Shown here: in pieces, positions 1-9,574 of the stretch
Numbering within the stretch: position 1 is the first letter of the stretch
Layout: every line of letters begins with the position of its first letter
Source of the DNA: a virus
Direction: 5' to 3' (one strand)
DNA length: 64,000 nucleotides
Virus record (IMG/VR): IMGVR_UViG_3300022777_000060
Translations under genes and position numbers: made by a program
Notes under the pieces: model-generated
Told to the model about the DNA's origin: nothing
Databases searched by the model: none
The model's input: only the letters and a program-made list of their open reading frames with translations

Positions 1-160
1 CAAGCTGCCACTGATCTCCGGACACTGCAGCATCCTTTACGGTTTTTCCGTTTACCATACTCCGAAGTTGCTGCGGCCGCATTATTCGCCGCTATTGAAC
101 TTCGTTCAACTCCCTTTTGATTTTTTCTCGTATGATTGATCGTAGCTGCAATTCATTCAT
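1..160 (-). pseudogene. Small head-associated protein interrupted by an in-frame TAG (92-94); runs off the window edge
   Basis: Manual translation from ATG 160: MNELQLRSIIREKIKRELNEVQ*RRIMRPQQLRSMVNGKTVKDAAVSGDQWQL. It resembles the 2335..2562 protein on both sides of the stop. Confidence 0.55.
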
Positions 161-161
161 A

Positions 162-413
162 TTACTGTTTTGGTTTAACGTTCCCACTTCGTCGGACATA
201 CGTATAGTCACTCGTGTCCTTGAGATTTCTTAGAATCTCTCTCATGCGCTCAACAAGCCGCTCTTGTTCACGGGTTTCAGTCGCTGCGGAAAGCTGCTCA
301 AGATCAAATTGAACTTCCTCGACCATTTCCAGAAACCGGCGATTCGGTTCCTGCTCGTTGATCGTCCGCTTAATTTCTTCTCTTACAACTTTGCGTAGGG
401 CTGATTCTTTCAT
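162..413 (-). CDS. Small hypothetical head-region protein with LRKVVREE...INE motif
   Basis: ORF track; overlaps the protease stop; shared N-terminal motif. Confidence 0.75.
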   Translation of the reverse strand: MKESALRKVVREEIKRTINEQEPNRRFLEMVEEVQFDLEQLSAATETREQERLVERMREILRNLKDTSDYTYVRRSGNVKPKQ

Positions 414-1072
414 ATCTCACATTTCCCTTTGAAGTCGCAGTTCATCTCTGAAATGATTTCGGTTACTCGATCCTCAACCGGCTTCCAGATTCCACGCTCT
501 TTTCGGGCTTGCTTCGCTTCCTTGATAAGTTCAGGGTCAGAGCTTTCGGTAATCTGTTTTGGCTCCATGAACGCTCCGTGCGTTGACGGATTGCTTACGA
601 AATCAAAGGCGATCAGCTCGAAGTCTTCGTCAACAATGAGCGTGCCGTCGGCCGATTCTTTCACCGAACCGAGCCCACGGCTTGAGATCCCCACGTTCAC
701 ATTGTTGCGAAAGAGTTCCTGCAGAATTTCACCGGCGGGAGTCGTAAGCACCTGAACTTCGCCAATGAGGTCATTCCCTTTCCAACTCATTGACGTGACC
801 TTGTGAGAGGCGTTTTGAAGATTGACCACTTCGGAGTCCGGGTGGTCAAGCTCTCCAAGCGCACGGTTCTCTTTCACGCGCTCTTTCTTGTACCGCTTTG
901 CCTCTTCGTCGAGCACGTCTTTGGGATACACGCGACCGTTTTGGTTTTTGGCCTCTGCGCGTTGAAGAACGCCCTTCACCTTCATTGGATCCGATCCGGA
1001 TCCTTCAGTAATCATGTTCTTTGAAGGATTGAATGGTCGCCAATCTAAAAGTAGCTGTCTGTTATCGCTCAT
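410..1072 (-). CDS. gp21: Prohead core protease, T4 gp21-like
   Basis: Motifs GVLQRAEAKNQNGRVYP, ALGELDHP, VGISSRGLGS, DFVSNPST typical of T4 gp21-family proteases. Confidence 0.93.
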   Translation of the reverse strand: MSDNRQLLLDWRPFNPSKNMITEGSGSDPMKVKGVLQRAEAKNQNGRVYPKDVLDEEAKRYKKERVKENRALGELDHPDSEVVNLQNASHKVTSMSWKGNDLIGEVQVLTTPAGEILQELFRNNVNVGISSRGLGSVKESADGTLIVDEDFELIAFDFVSNPSTHGAFMEPKQITESSDPELIKEAKQARKERGIWKPVEDRVTEIISEMNCDFKGKCEI

Positions 1073-1085
1073 ATTTTGATGTTGT

Positions 1086-1277
1086 TTATGTCCAGAAGTT
1101 TCTCTTTCGGTAGAACGTGTGGAAGATTCTCGCGAGCTCGCTGCGAATGATGTCTACGATCTCTCTGTATTCGTCGTCGGAAAACTCGTCTTCCCGCAGA
1201 AGACTTTTGCCGTCGCCCTTCATAGCGCGGGCTTCACGGCGAATGATCTTTCGCAAGTCAGACTCAGTGATTTTCAT
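1086..1277 (-). CDS. Small hypothetical protein (MKITESDLRKIIRRE)
   Basis: ATG at 1277 coupled (TAATG) to the upstream stop; shared motif. Confidence 0.75.
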   Translation of the reverse strand: MKITESDLRKIIRREARAMKGDGKSLLREDEFSDDEYREIVDIIRSELARIFHTFYRKRNFWT

Positions 1278-2332
1278 TATTCTGGAATCCATGTGCCTAC
1301 AAGCCAGTATGGTCCTTCTCGCACGAAGTCGGGTCCACGCCCGCCTTCCTTCGGCTGCGTGACCTTCACCGCCTTCACGTTTTCGCTATATTTGTCGGTG
1401 TTGTTGAGCAAGTAATCCTTTGCGTCTTTGAAGTTGTCGAACTCTTCTCGCGGAAAACCGATTCCCGAAAAATGTTTGATGTTTTTATTGTACGGATCTC
1501 TCGGCTGTCGAACCCTCTTTGTTTTCTTCTTCCACTTCTCGTACATTTCGTCTTTTGACATATCTGGAAAGTAGCGGAAATCAAAGTGTGCGCCCTCCGT
1601 CAAAAGCTGTTTTGCTTGCTCTTGAATCGTTTGCCTCAAGTAGTCTTCGAATGTCCTTTCTTCTCCATCCGGAGACTTCACGACCGCATCAACGTCTTCC
1701 GGACCCCCTTCTTTAGCCCAATGCTTCAACTGCTTCTCTGTGAAGTTTTCGCTCATGTTGTGCGGATAGTAGTTCGACTTCTTCTGGTATCCAGAAACAT
1801 CACCGTCTCGCATCGAGCGAACCTTTTGGATGTACTGCTTGAGCTTTTTCTTTTCGTCTTCGGTGATTTCGTTTTCACGGACCTTTTTCGCCAGCTCCGC
1901 CATTTCCCAACCGTAGGTGTCAAGGAACTCTTCGATGTCGTCTTCTTTCTTGTCGTCCTCTTTGTCACCGAATGCGAACGGCGTCTGGTATGCTCCAGCC
2001 GAAGAGGACGTTGTGGCTTCGTCAATCTCTTGCTGAATGAGTTGCCTTACGACTTCTCGAAACTGTTTTTGCTCTTCAATGTCTTTGAGTGCGTCCTGCA
2101 TATCGTTTAGAAAACTGTCCCCGCTAATGTTTGCTGCGTAGTTGATCATGCTCGCGGCTTCGTCCTCTCCAACGGCATCAACAACATCTTGAGCTGCCTC
2201 TTGCGCAGATCCGTCATATCCGTCTTCAATGGTTTCATCTTCACCGACGCCCAAAATATCGGACATCTTGTCTTCCTCCACGTCGACGTCGGAAAGCTCT
2301 TCGTCCTCCAAAATGAGATCCTTGAAGTTCAT
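1277..2332 (-). CDS. Acidic head-region protein, possible internal/scaffold-associated protein
   Basis: 351 aa ORF; several VRQLIQQEIDE / LRQTIQEQAKQLLTE / ITE segments. Confidence 0.7.
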   Translation of the reverse strand: MNFKDLILEDEELSDVDVEEDKMSDILGVGEDETIEDGYDGSAQEAAQDVVDAVGEDEAASMINYAANISGDSFLNDMQDALKDIEEQKQFREVVRQLIQQEIDEATTSSSAGAYQTPFAFGDKEDDKKEDDIEEFLDTYGWEMAELAKKVRENEITEDEKKKLKQYIQKVRSMRDGDVSGYQKKSNYYPHNMSENFTEKQLKHWAKEGGPEDVDAVVKSPDGEERTFEDYLRQTIQEQAKQLLTEGAHFDFRYFPDMSKDEMYEKWKKKTKRVRQPRDPYNKNIKHFSGIGFPREEFDNFKDAKDYLLNNTDKYSENVKAVKVTQPKEGGRGPDFVREGPYWLVGTWIPE

Positions 2333-2334
2333 TT

Positions 2335-2562
2335 TTATATCCGTTCAATCTTGAAGTCTGGATCGCCTTCGATGGTAAGAGCCTTTGACGTTCGGCCGTC
2401 AGAAGCCACAATGGTCACATTTTTACCGTGAGCATTCACGTTGCTGATTCGTAGTCCAGATAGGGCGTCGTCAAGCCTGCTGGCAGAGATCGGCCGCCGC
2501 TCATTGAGCTTCTGCAGCTCTTCGCGAACGATCTTCCGCAACTTGGTTTCTGTGAGTTTCAT
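2335..2562 (-). CDS. Small hypothetical protein (MKLTETKLRKIVREELQKLNE)
   Basis: ORF track; shared motif; coupled to neighbours. Confidence 0.75.
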   Translation of the reverse strand: MKLTETKLRKIVREELQKLNERRPISASRLDDALSGLRISNVNAHGKNVTIVASDGRTSKALTIEGDPDFKIERI

Positions 2563-3446
2563 TACGCCTCTTGTTTGTTCTTGAGCGCCTGCTTGATGTC
2601 CTCACGAAGCTGATAATACATCAGAAGGTTACTGATTTCATCATCTCGAACTGCGCCGCCTTCCGATTTGATTTCGTCAATGAGGTTGCTTGCCTTTCTC
2701 ACCTTGATGTCCACAACCTCTTCGTCAATCTTCGTTCGAAGCTCTTGAAGGTCAGATTTGAGATCTTCAACTCGCTGGTTGATGTCTTCCCGCAAGTTGT
2801 TCGTGTTCGAGATGTTGTTAATGTATTCCCGAAGCACCTCTTTCTGTTCGGGGAGAAGATTGCCGTACTTCTTATTGAACTTCTCAATCATCACCTTTTG
2901 AGCGAGAAGGCGAAGGTCACGGCTCTTCTCTCTAAAGTTCTCTCGAATCTCCGACTCAACCTCTTGCTGGTCAACGTCTTCTCCTGTGACGTGCTCAACG
3001 ATCGTGTATTTCGATCGAATAACGTCGTCTGGTTCATACTCAACGTCTTCGGTCAGAGCCTTGAACACCTTGTAGACGCTGGCAAGCTCTGTGTAGTTGT
3101 TCACCCGGCTCTTGAAGAACTCCTTGAGTGGGTAGCGGTCTTTGATTTCGCCAATGATTTCGTATTTCTCTTCCTGTAGGCGGTCAAGGTCGAGGTTCTT
3201 TCGAGTCTCAACCACCTCTTTCAGAAAGTCTTTAGCTTGCTGCTCGGTTTGGAACGTCTCGTTCATGAGAAGCTGGTAAAGCTCCAGCTCTCGGGACAGT
3301 TCGGTGTCGTCGCCAAAGTGTTCACGCAAGATTTGCGTGGCTGCCGACTGTTCCTTTCCTTCGAGCACGTCAGACGTGATTTGGCGGGTAAGCATTTCCC
3401 AAATCAGCCCTGTGTTTCGATACTTCTTATGTTTGAGCTTTTTCAT
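2562..3446 (-). CDS. Conserved head-module hypothetical protein downstream of portal
   Basis: 294 aa helical ORF starting KKLKHKKYRNTGLIWEMLTRQIT, a pattern I recall next to the portal in large T4-like phages. Confidence 0.8.
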   Translation of the reverse strand: MKKLKHKKYRNTGLIWEMLTRQITSDVLEGKEQSAATQILREHFGDDTELSRELELYQLLMNETFQTEQQAKDFLKEVVETRKNLDLDRLQEEKYEIIGEIKDRYPLKEFFKSRVNNYTELASVYKVFKALTEDVEYEPDDVIRSKYTIVEHVTGEDVDQQEVESEIRENFREKSRDLRLLAQKVMIEKFNKKYGNLLPEQKEVLREYINNISNTNNLREDINQRVEDLKSDLQELRTKIDEEVVDIKVRKASNLIDEIKSEGGAVRDDEISNLLMYYQLREDIKQALKNKQEA

Positions 3447-3506
3447 AGCTTGTGTCGTGTTGAGCGAGAGTTCTCGTGTTTTACCGTCTGTAGAATATAT
3501 ATTGCG

Positions 3507-5387
3507 TTAGAGTTCTTCTTTAACTACATTCTCTTCTCGAAGCCAATCGAACCGTTTAAGCTGCTCGTCGAGGTCCGATTCGCTCATTACTTCTTCGGCG
3601 TCGGCTTCACCTTCGGGCGCGTCCATGCTTTCTTGAATGAGATTGTTGTGGTGCTCCTGCGCTTGTGCCAAGCCTGCGGCAAGTGGTGATCCGCCTTGGT
3701 AAGAGTGCGTAGCGTCTCCCTTTGTAGGTTTCATGTCGGAGTCGGACGGCTGGGCGTCGTTGTCGTCAAACGGGTTATCTGGAGAAAGTGAATAGCCTTC
3801 GTCATCCTCTTCAGAAACGTCTTCGTCGGCTGGTTCGTCGAAGTTCTCAAGCTCAGAAGCCCCAGACATAGCCAAGTCCCCGGGTGTTCCGTAAGACATA
3901 CCCGTTTTGAGTGGGTTGTTCCCCTCTCTTGTGAGCTGTTCTTTGACGAACTCACGCTTCCAGTCTTCGATTTTTCGCATTCGCTCTTTCTTGATCTCCT
4001 CTTGGTTCATATCGAAGATGTTCTCCATCATCCACTCTGTGGAGTGAAGGTTCTGGTCTTCGGCCGTTCGCACGAGCTGGTACTTCGATTCGAGCATATC
4101 GATTTTTTGCTGCTCAACGAAGTGGGAAGGGTGCGTAAGTCCAAGAGAGAAGTCCACAAGCCGCTCGTCTCGAATGCCCTGCGAGAAGAGGTGGACGATT
4201 CCGATTTTCGTTAGCTCGTTCGCGATCGTTTTCTGAATCGTATTGACGATGTTCGCGAACTTGATGCTTTCTTGTGCGAGAGTTGCTTTTCCTTCAATAT
4301 CTTGCTCGTACCCAAGAAATGCGTTTGGCACACGAAGTGCGGACATCATCTTTTGCCGCAAGTATTCGATGTCTTCAATGCCGTTCCAAGAGAGGCTATT
4401 GAGCGTGCTGATTTCGGTGCCGTCTTCTCTTCCCCTCACTGGCATGTAATAGTCGTCCATCATGTTCATAAGGTTGAACTCCAGATCATACTCGCCTGTC
4501 TCTGGATCAACCAACGGCTGGCCCTTCAGCTCCTGCATCGTTTTCTGCATGAATGAATCGACTTTCCCTGGCTGGATGTTGCCGACGTCGATCTTGAAGA
4601 TCCGGCGTTCGGGCGCCCTCATAATGCGGTGAATAAGCATAGCGTCCTCCATCATTGTCAGCCGCTTGAACACTTTTCGAGCACCTTCAAGGCAACTTCG
4701 GCCGTACGGAGCGAAAGCAGAGTCTCGCATAGAAAAGTGTCCGATTTCCCAATATCCAAGTTCTCCCTCTCCCTTTGGGCCGTCGTATTCAAACTTGACT
4801 TCAAAAGGGTTTGTCGGGTCTTCACCTTCCACTCGCTCGACGTGATACGGGGAAAGCACATCGCAGTTGTAAATCCCCATTTGGTCTCCGCTGTCATAGT
4901 CAATGTACAGCCGAATGAACGAGTCTCCGTACTTACACATATCTCGAATCCAACTCTGAAGGTTGAACTCGATATTGAGGACTTCATAGTAAAGGTTGTG
5001 GAGAATCTTATCGACTTCGGGGTGATCCGTCTCAATCGTCAAGACGTCCCCGTGCTCGTCCTCCACAACCGACTCAGAAGCGTAAAAGTCCAGTGCCGAG
5101 TTTACGATAGCGTCTTTATCCATGAGTTCGTAGTCATGGTACAGCCGCCGTCGTGGAAGAGAATCGGCGTAAGGAGCCGCCCCCTGTCCGATTCCGCTCA
5201 TCCCCATCGGTCCTGAACTGGCGCTTTGTCCAGAGTGGATGTTTGGCCCGTTGCCCATGTAGTTCTGAGCAGTGGATTGGATTCCACTCGTATCAACGAC
5301 TTTCAGCTTGTCGCCGCCCACGTTGTGAACGACGACGTTTGATGAGAAAAGTGTGCTAAGTGCCGAACGAAGTCCGCTTTCAGCCAT
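3507..5387 (-). CDS. gp20: Portal protein, T4 gp20-like
   Basis: Motifs DAIVNSALDFYASE, RDMCKYGD, MMEDAMLIHRIMRAPERRIFKIDVGN, DDYYMPVRG, IEDIEYL..KMMSALRVP. Confidence 0.95.
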   Translation of the reverse strand: MAESGLRSALSTLFSSNVVVHNVGGDKLKVVDTSGIQSTAQNYMGNGPNIHSGQSASSGPMGMSGIGQGAAPYADSLPRRRLYHDYELMDKDAIVNSALDFYASESVVEDEHGDVLTIETDHPEVDKILHNLYYEVLNIEFNLQSWIRDMCKYGDSFIRLYIDYDSGDQMGIYNCDVLSPYHVERVEGEDPTNPFEVKFEYDGPKGEGELGYWEIGHFSMRDSAFAPYGRSCLEGARKVFKRLTMMEDAMLIHRIMRAPERRIFKIDVGNIQPGKVDSFMQKTMQELKGQPLVDPETGEYDLEFNLMNMMDDYYMPVRGREDGTEISTLNSLSWNGIEDIEYLRQKMMSALRVPNAFLGYEQDIEGKATLAQESIKFANIVNTIQKTIANELTKIGIVHLFSQGIRDERLVDFSLGLTHPSHFVEQQKIDMLESKYQLVRTAEDQNLHSTEWMMENIFDMNQEEIKKERMRKIEDWKREFVKEQLTREGNNPLKTGMSYGTPGDLAMSGASELENFDEPADEDVSEEDDEGYSLSPDNPFDDNDAQPSDSDMKPTKGDATHSYQGGSPLAAGLAQAQEHHNNLIQESMDAPEGEADAEEVMSESDLDEQLKRFDWLREENVVKEEL

Positions 5388-5432
5388 AAAGTGTGTATAA
5401 AAGAGTGTCTATTACAATGACAGGCTCGCTTT

Positions 5433-5440
5433 TATAAGTA
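5433..5440 (-). promoter_or_regulatory. Putative late promoter TACTTATA upstream of portal
   Basis: Recurring TA(C/T)TTATA motif upstream of structural genes. Confidence 0.6.
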
Positions 5441-5444
5441 GGCC

Positions 5445-7088
5445 CTACGATAGAGATGTCACCTCTCCTGTCCACGATATGCTATTCAACTCGTCGTGAA
5501 GAATCTCTTCAAAATCTTCAACTGGTGCGTCCGCAAAACACTGGTCATACACCTTGATTTCAAAGTCAGTCGTGTTTGTGCGGTTTCCGATACAGTACGT
5601 GGTGATCTGGTCAACGGTGAAATCAATGCTTTCGCCAGTAAGAAGTGTTGCTCCGGAAAGGTGAAAATCAAATCCATCTGAGTCGCCAGAAAGGCTAATC
5701 GGTGGGAATCCAGAAACGCCCTCCGTTGAGATTTCAGAGTTTTTGACGATGAAAGTCGTTACTGGCAGATTGTCATTCGGTCCGGTTGTTCCCTGCAGAG
5801 CGATTCCAGCGTTTCCTTCAAGCAATGTCGAGTCTTTGAACACGAGCTTCGATGGAGAACTGGCGTCGGAGAAGCGAATGAAGTCGGAGTTGGTTTGCGG
5901 GTCATCTGTTTCTGATTCGCCAACAGAGAAGCCAACGCTTCCCGTAAACGCGTCTCTTCGACTTGGGTTGTGATTGAGGCCGATGCCAAAGTAGACAGGC
6001 GGGTTTGCAGGTGCTTCGATGTTGACCTTATCGACATTGATAGAAACTTCGCCCGACGTGAGACTTGGCCGAACGCCGTTGAACATCGCGAATGTTGGAA
6101 CCTGTGAAGTCGGAAGGCTATTGTCAACTTGCAGAGTGTCAAGCATATCGAGCCGCCCGACGTCAACGTTCACTTCACCACTTCCAGAGATTTTCAGAGC
6201 GGCGTCTGCATAGTTTTCCATCGTCACCTGCTTTGCCTCAAAGTCGATAGAGCTTCCAGAGTTGTTCACTCCCAAAAGGCCGTACATATGCCAGTCTCTC
6301 CAGTCGACGCTGGAAACAGTTCCTTGATCGAACTGGCTTGTGTCATGCGGTTGAGCATTCGGAGTGCCAATGATAAACTGTCCGTCTCCCTGAACCGTAC
6401 AACTTTTTCCACCTGGATCTGTGGTGCCGTCCACTGCCTTCAAGTCGTCGAAAAGCGCGTGAGGATAAATGTCGGTGAAGTCTGGTTTGTACTCCACAAC
6501 GGATCCTTCAAGAAACTGCCAAGTCACGTCGTCCACAAAAAGGTTTCTGACGGGTGTGTAGCGGCCCGGAAAAACGACTACTGTGTCCCCCTCTTCGGCA
6601 GCGTCAGCGGCTCCTGCAAGTTCGTCAAACCCGCTGAACGGCACCTCACTACCGATTGCTCCCGTGATATTATCAAAGCTGGTGAAGGGAACAGAAGCGC
6701 CCGATGGGTTGGATACCTCTCTAGGATATACGCGCACACGCGGGCTTTGCTTCTCGACCTGGGTGACGTACTGGTGGGCGATGTTAAGGTCAGCGATATT
6801 CTGGACTGCCCCATTGATGTGAGCATACCGTTGGTCGAGAGGCCCGCGCAAGTTTCCGTATTCGACGACAGCTCCCGGCAGGATTGTCATATACACGTCG
6901 TCGGGAATCGTAATCGGATTATCCCGCATCGGATCCCGAAAGTCGCCGGGGTAAAGCGTGACGTGATCTTCAGGCTGAAGCGCCGGACTTTGATTCGCGT
7001 CAAAAACGGAGACGATGTCTCCAACTGTTTCTTTGATTTGTACGGTTCGCCCGACTCTTGCTATCGATACTTGGCCAGTTACGCCCAT
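5445..7088 (-). CDS. Acidic beta-strand-rich protein, possible beta-helix/virion appendage
   Basis: 547 aa; two GDTV.V.PG.Y-like caps (EDHVTLYPGDF, EGDTVVVFPGRY) as seen at starts of right-handed beta-helices. Confidence 0.55.
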   Translation of the reverse strand: MGVTGQVSIARVGRTVQIKETVGDIVSVFDANQSPALQPEDHVTLYPGDFRDPMRDNPITIPDDVYMTILPGAVVEYGNLRGPLDQRYAHINGAVQNIADLNIAHQYVTQVEKQSPRVRVYPREVSNPSGASVPFTSFDNITGAIGSEVPFSGFDELAGAADAAEEGDTVVVFPGRYTPVRNLFVDDVTWQFLEGSVVEYKPDFTDIYPHALFDDLKAVDGTTDPGGKSCTVQGDGQFIIGTPNAQPHDTSQFDQGTVSSVDWRDWHMYGLLGVNNSGSSIDFEAKQVTMENYADAALKISGSGEVNVDVGRLDMLDTLQVDNSLPTSQVPTFAMFNGVRPSLTSGEVSINVDKVNIEAPANPPVYFGIGLNHNPSRRDAFTGSVGFSVGESETDDPQTNSDFIRFSDASSPSKLVFKDSTLLEGNAGIALQGTTGPNDNLPVTTFIVKNSEISTEGVSGFPPISLSGDSDGFDFHLSGATLLTGESIDFTVDQITTYCIGNRTNTTDFEIKVYDQCFADAPVEDFEEILHDELNSISWTGEVTSLS

Positions 7089-7114
7089 GCTCTTGATTTA
7101 CGTTTTGGTTCGAC

Positions 7115-7122
7115 TATAAATA
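7115..7122 (-). promoter_or_regulatory. Putative late promoter TATTTATA
   Basis: Directly after a terminator, upstream of the 7088 start. Confidence 0.6.
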
Positions 7123-7124
7123 GG

Positions 7125-7152
7125 AAAAGAGCGCCGAATCGGCGCCCTTTCG
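7125..7152 (-). terminator. Intrinsic terminator
   Basis: GGGCGCCG/CGGCGCTC stem + TTTT. Confidence 0.7.
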
Positions 7153-7156
7153 CTTT

Positions 7157-7495
7157 CTACTGGTTTTTGGCTCGAAGCTCTTCAAGCTGCTTATGAACGA
7201 AAGGCTTGATTTTTCGCTTGAGCCGCTTCTTTTTCTTTTGCTCTCGAATCTTCCGCCTGTGATCGTCTATCTCATCGAGCACGTAGTCGTGGAGTTCGTT
7301 CCACGCGTCCTCGAAGTTTTCGACTAGTTCCATTGCGCGTTCGTCGCCATCCATCTCTTCGCGCACTTGGCTGCCAAAGAGGTTTCCGTGATCATACCAA
7401 ACATGGTTGAGGTGCTCAATAAGTGGGCGCTCTGTCCATTTCTTTTCCATTTTTTCAATGTATTCGATTTCGTGGTTTGCTATCCCAGAAGCCAT
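7157..7495 (-). CDS. Hypothetical protein
   Basis: 112 aa ORF overlapping the terminase stop. Confidence 0.7.
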   Translation of the reverse strand: MASGIANHEIEYIEKMEKKWTERPLIEHLNHVWYDHGNLFGSQVREEMDGDERAMELVENFEDAWNELHDYVLDEIDDHRRKIREQKKKKRLKRKIKPFVHKQLEELRAKNQ

Positions 7496-9111
7496 CTCAT
7501 ATCTTCCTTGTGGCCTCCCATATCTTGAACGTAAGGATCTTGGTTTCCAGCGGCGTTGGAGTACACTCGCTTCGATCCTGAAATGTTGGAAAGGCTCTCT
7601 TCGGAGCGTTGCTGCATCTCTGCACGGTATCTCAACGCCTTATCCCGTGCCCAACACGAGAATGCGGCCGCAAACACAAGGTCGTCGTTGTATCCGTCCA
7701 TGTGCTCAGGCTTTTGCGTAGTTCCTCGGTTCTTCCAAATGAACGTCTGAAGCTCTTCGGTGAACCGGCTGGACTTGGCGTGTATCCACTTCTTTCTCAT
7801 GAAGCGTTGAAGCGTCGAAATAATAAGGCCACGAGTGTTTCGATTCGTGTCGAGACCGGGGTTCATCTTCTTATTTCGGCTCATCGCTTTATCCTTATCG
7901 ATCTCGACGAGCTTCAAGTCATTGGACGTGTAGAGAAGGTTTGGATACTGCCGGTCGATTACACGTTGCATTGCCGCCCATCCGTAGCTGTCACGCTCGA
8001 TTACAAGCAGGGCGTCATTGAACATCGAACCGTAGGTGAAAAGCAAGTCTCCAAACTCGGTCGGTGGCATTTTGCCTTTGTACTCTGCGACTTGCTCCAT
8101 TTCAGCGGCCTTGTAGATCTGGAACGTAGAGAAGTCGTCGCCGTCCCCACGAGCAACGTCAGAGCCCATAAGATAGGTTGCTCCAGGTTTTGGCTGCTCC
8201 CAAAGCCACACGTCGCCTTTTCCTCGGCGGTGCGTTTCCATCGGGTCTTCTGTCGCGACCGCTTCATACCAACGGATGATTTCCTGATCGATAACCGTAT
8301 CACCACTGGTGGAGAAGTCACAGTCACATTCTCGCGCCGCTTTCTTCTCTCCCATCGTTCGGGTTTGCTCTTCACGCCACTCTTGGCCTCTTTCGGGGTG
8401 AAGGCTCCAGTGAAGTTTGATGGGGTGAAAGTCGTTGCGGCCGACGCCATCCCAAATCTCTGGATCGCTGCTCGTTTTGGTTACACGGTCTCCCTGAATA
8501 GACTTTTGCCACGTTTCGTGGAACCAAGTTCCGACGCCAGTTGGAGTTGAAAGAACGGCGCAGTTTCCGTTTCCGACGTCGAGTGTGAGCTTGACTGCGC
8601 TCCACACTTCAGCGGCGTTATCAATGAATGCGGCCTCGTCAATGATCACGAAACTTGCGGACTCAGAACGACCGGCGTCGCTTGTAGTGGACTCTGCCGA
8701 TGCCTTCGAGCCGTTGCCAAACTCGACTTCGAGCTGGTTGTCAATCGGCGTCGATTCTTTCATCCAAGAGGGAAGGTGGCTGTTCATCCTCTTGATTTTC
8801 TTGATGATGTTTCGGGCCTTGTTCTGCTTGTAGGACAGAGCAAGCACCTCTTTGTTTTCTTCAAACACCATCAGCCAAAGCGCATATGCGCTCAAAAGCG
8901 TCGTCATACCCATCTGACGTGCCTTGAGCATGATGTTGTAGTCATACTCAAAAAGGTCTTGCAGGGCACGGTCCTGGAAGTCGTACATGTCGAAAGGAAT
9001 GATCCCTCTCGACTGGTGGACGATTTTGACATAGTTCTGGATAAAGTACTTCGGATTGATTTTACACCGAAGCCACTCTTTCGCCCTTTTTTTGCGTGCG
9101 TTTCCAGCCAT
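7480..9111 (-). CDS. terL: Terminase large subunit, T4 gp17-like
   Basis: Walker A region LKARQMGMTT, Walker B IIDEAAFI, motif III STPTG, nuclease residues GSDVARGDG and GYNDDLVFA. Confidence 0.95.
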   Translation of the reverse strand: MAGNARKKRAKEWLRCKINPKYFIQNYVKIVHQSRGIIPFDMYDFQDRALQDLFEYDYNIMLKARQMGMTTLLSAYALWLMVFEENKEVLALSYKQNKARNIIKKIKRMNSHLPSWMKESTPIDNQLEVEFGNGSKASAESTTSDAGRSESASFVIIDEAAFIDNAAEVWSAVKLTLDVGNGNCAVLSTPTGVGTWFHETWQKSIQGDRVTKTSSDPEIWDGVGRNDFHPIKLHWSLHPERGQEWREEQTRTMGEKKAARECDCDFSTSGDTVIDQEIIRWYEAVATEDPMETHRRGKGDVWLWEQPKPGATYLMGSDVARGDGDDFSTFQIYKAAEMEQVAEYKGKMPPTEFGDLLFTYGSMFNDALLVIERDSYGWAAMQRVIDRQYPNLLYTSNDLKLVEIDKDKAMSRNKKMNPGLDTNRNTRGLIISTLQRFMRKKWIHAKSSRFTEELQTFIWKNRGTTQKPEHMDGYNDDLVFAAAFSCWARDKALRYRAEMQQRSEESLSNISGSKRVYSNAAGNQDPYVQDMGGHKEDMRWLLG

Positions 9112-9124
9112 AGCGTTTCAGTTG

Positions 9125-9547
9125 TTACCCGAAGAACGCCCGGACTTTTTTCGCAGCCTCTTCGTCAAGCTCAAAAGCTCTCTCTTGACTTCCTGCTCGT
9201 ATGATGATTTCTTGTCCATCGGATGTCTCCCGAATCACAACGCTTCCGCCGTCGTCTTCATGAAGAACAACCGACTCTGGACTCTCGTTCAGCTCTCCGA
9301 AGGCTTGCCTTGGATTTGGAGTCTTAGAAAAGTCGCTGTCAGTGTTTCCGCTTGGAAGTTCGCTGGAGTCAAACGTGAAGTTGCCGCGAGTGTCAATGCG
9401 GCTGTCTCCGCTCATTTCAGCATCGGATTTCTGTCCTGTAACACCGTGTCCGCCGTTGATTGCGGGAGTCGAAACGACTCCGCCAACAGCTTCATCCAGC
9501 CGGTCTTTTTCGTTTTCGTTGAGTACTAGGTCTTTGAACTTGCCCAT
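9125..9547 (-). CDS. Acidic hypothetical protein
   Basis: 140 aa ORF, starts MGKFKDLVLNE (cf. MNFKDLILED of 1277..2332). Confidence 0.7.
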   Translation of the reverse strand: MGKFKDLVLNENEKDRLDEAVGGVVSTPAINGGHGVTGQKSDAEMSGDSRIDTRGNFTFDSSELPSGNTDSDFSKTPNPRQAFGELNESPESVVLHEDDGGSVVIRETSDGQEIIIRAGSQERAFELDEEAAKKVRAFFG

Positions 9548-9574
9548 AAGTTTTTGTTGGTTTTATGATCCTGC

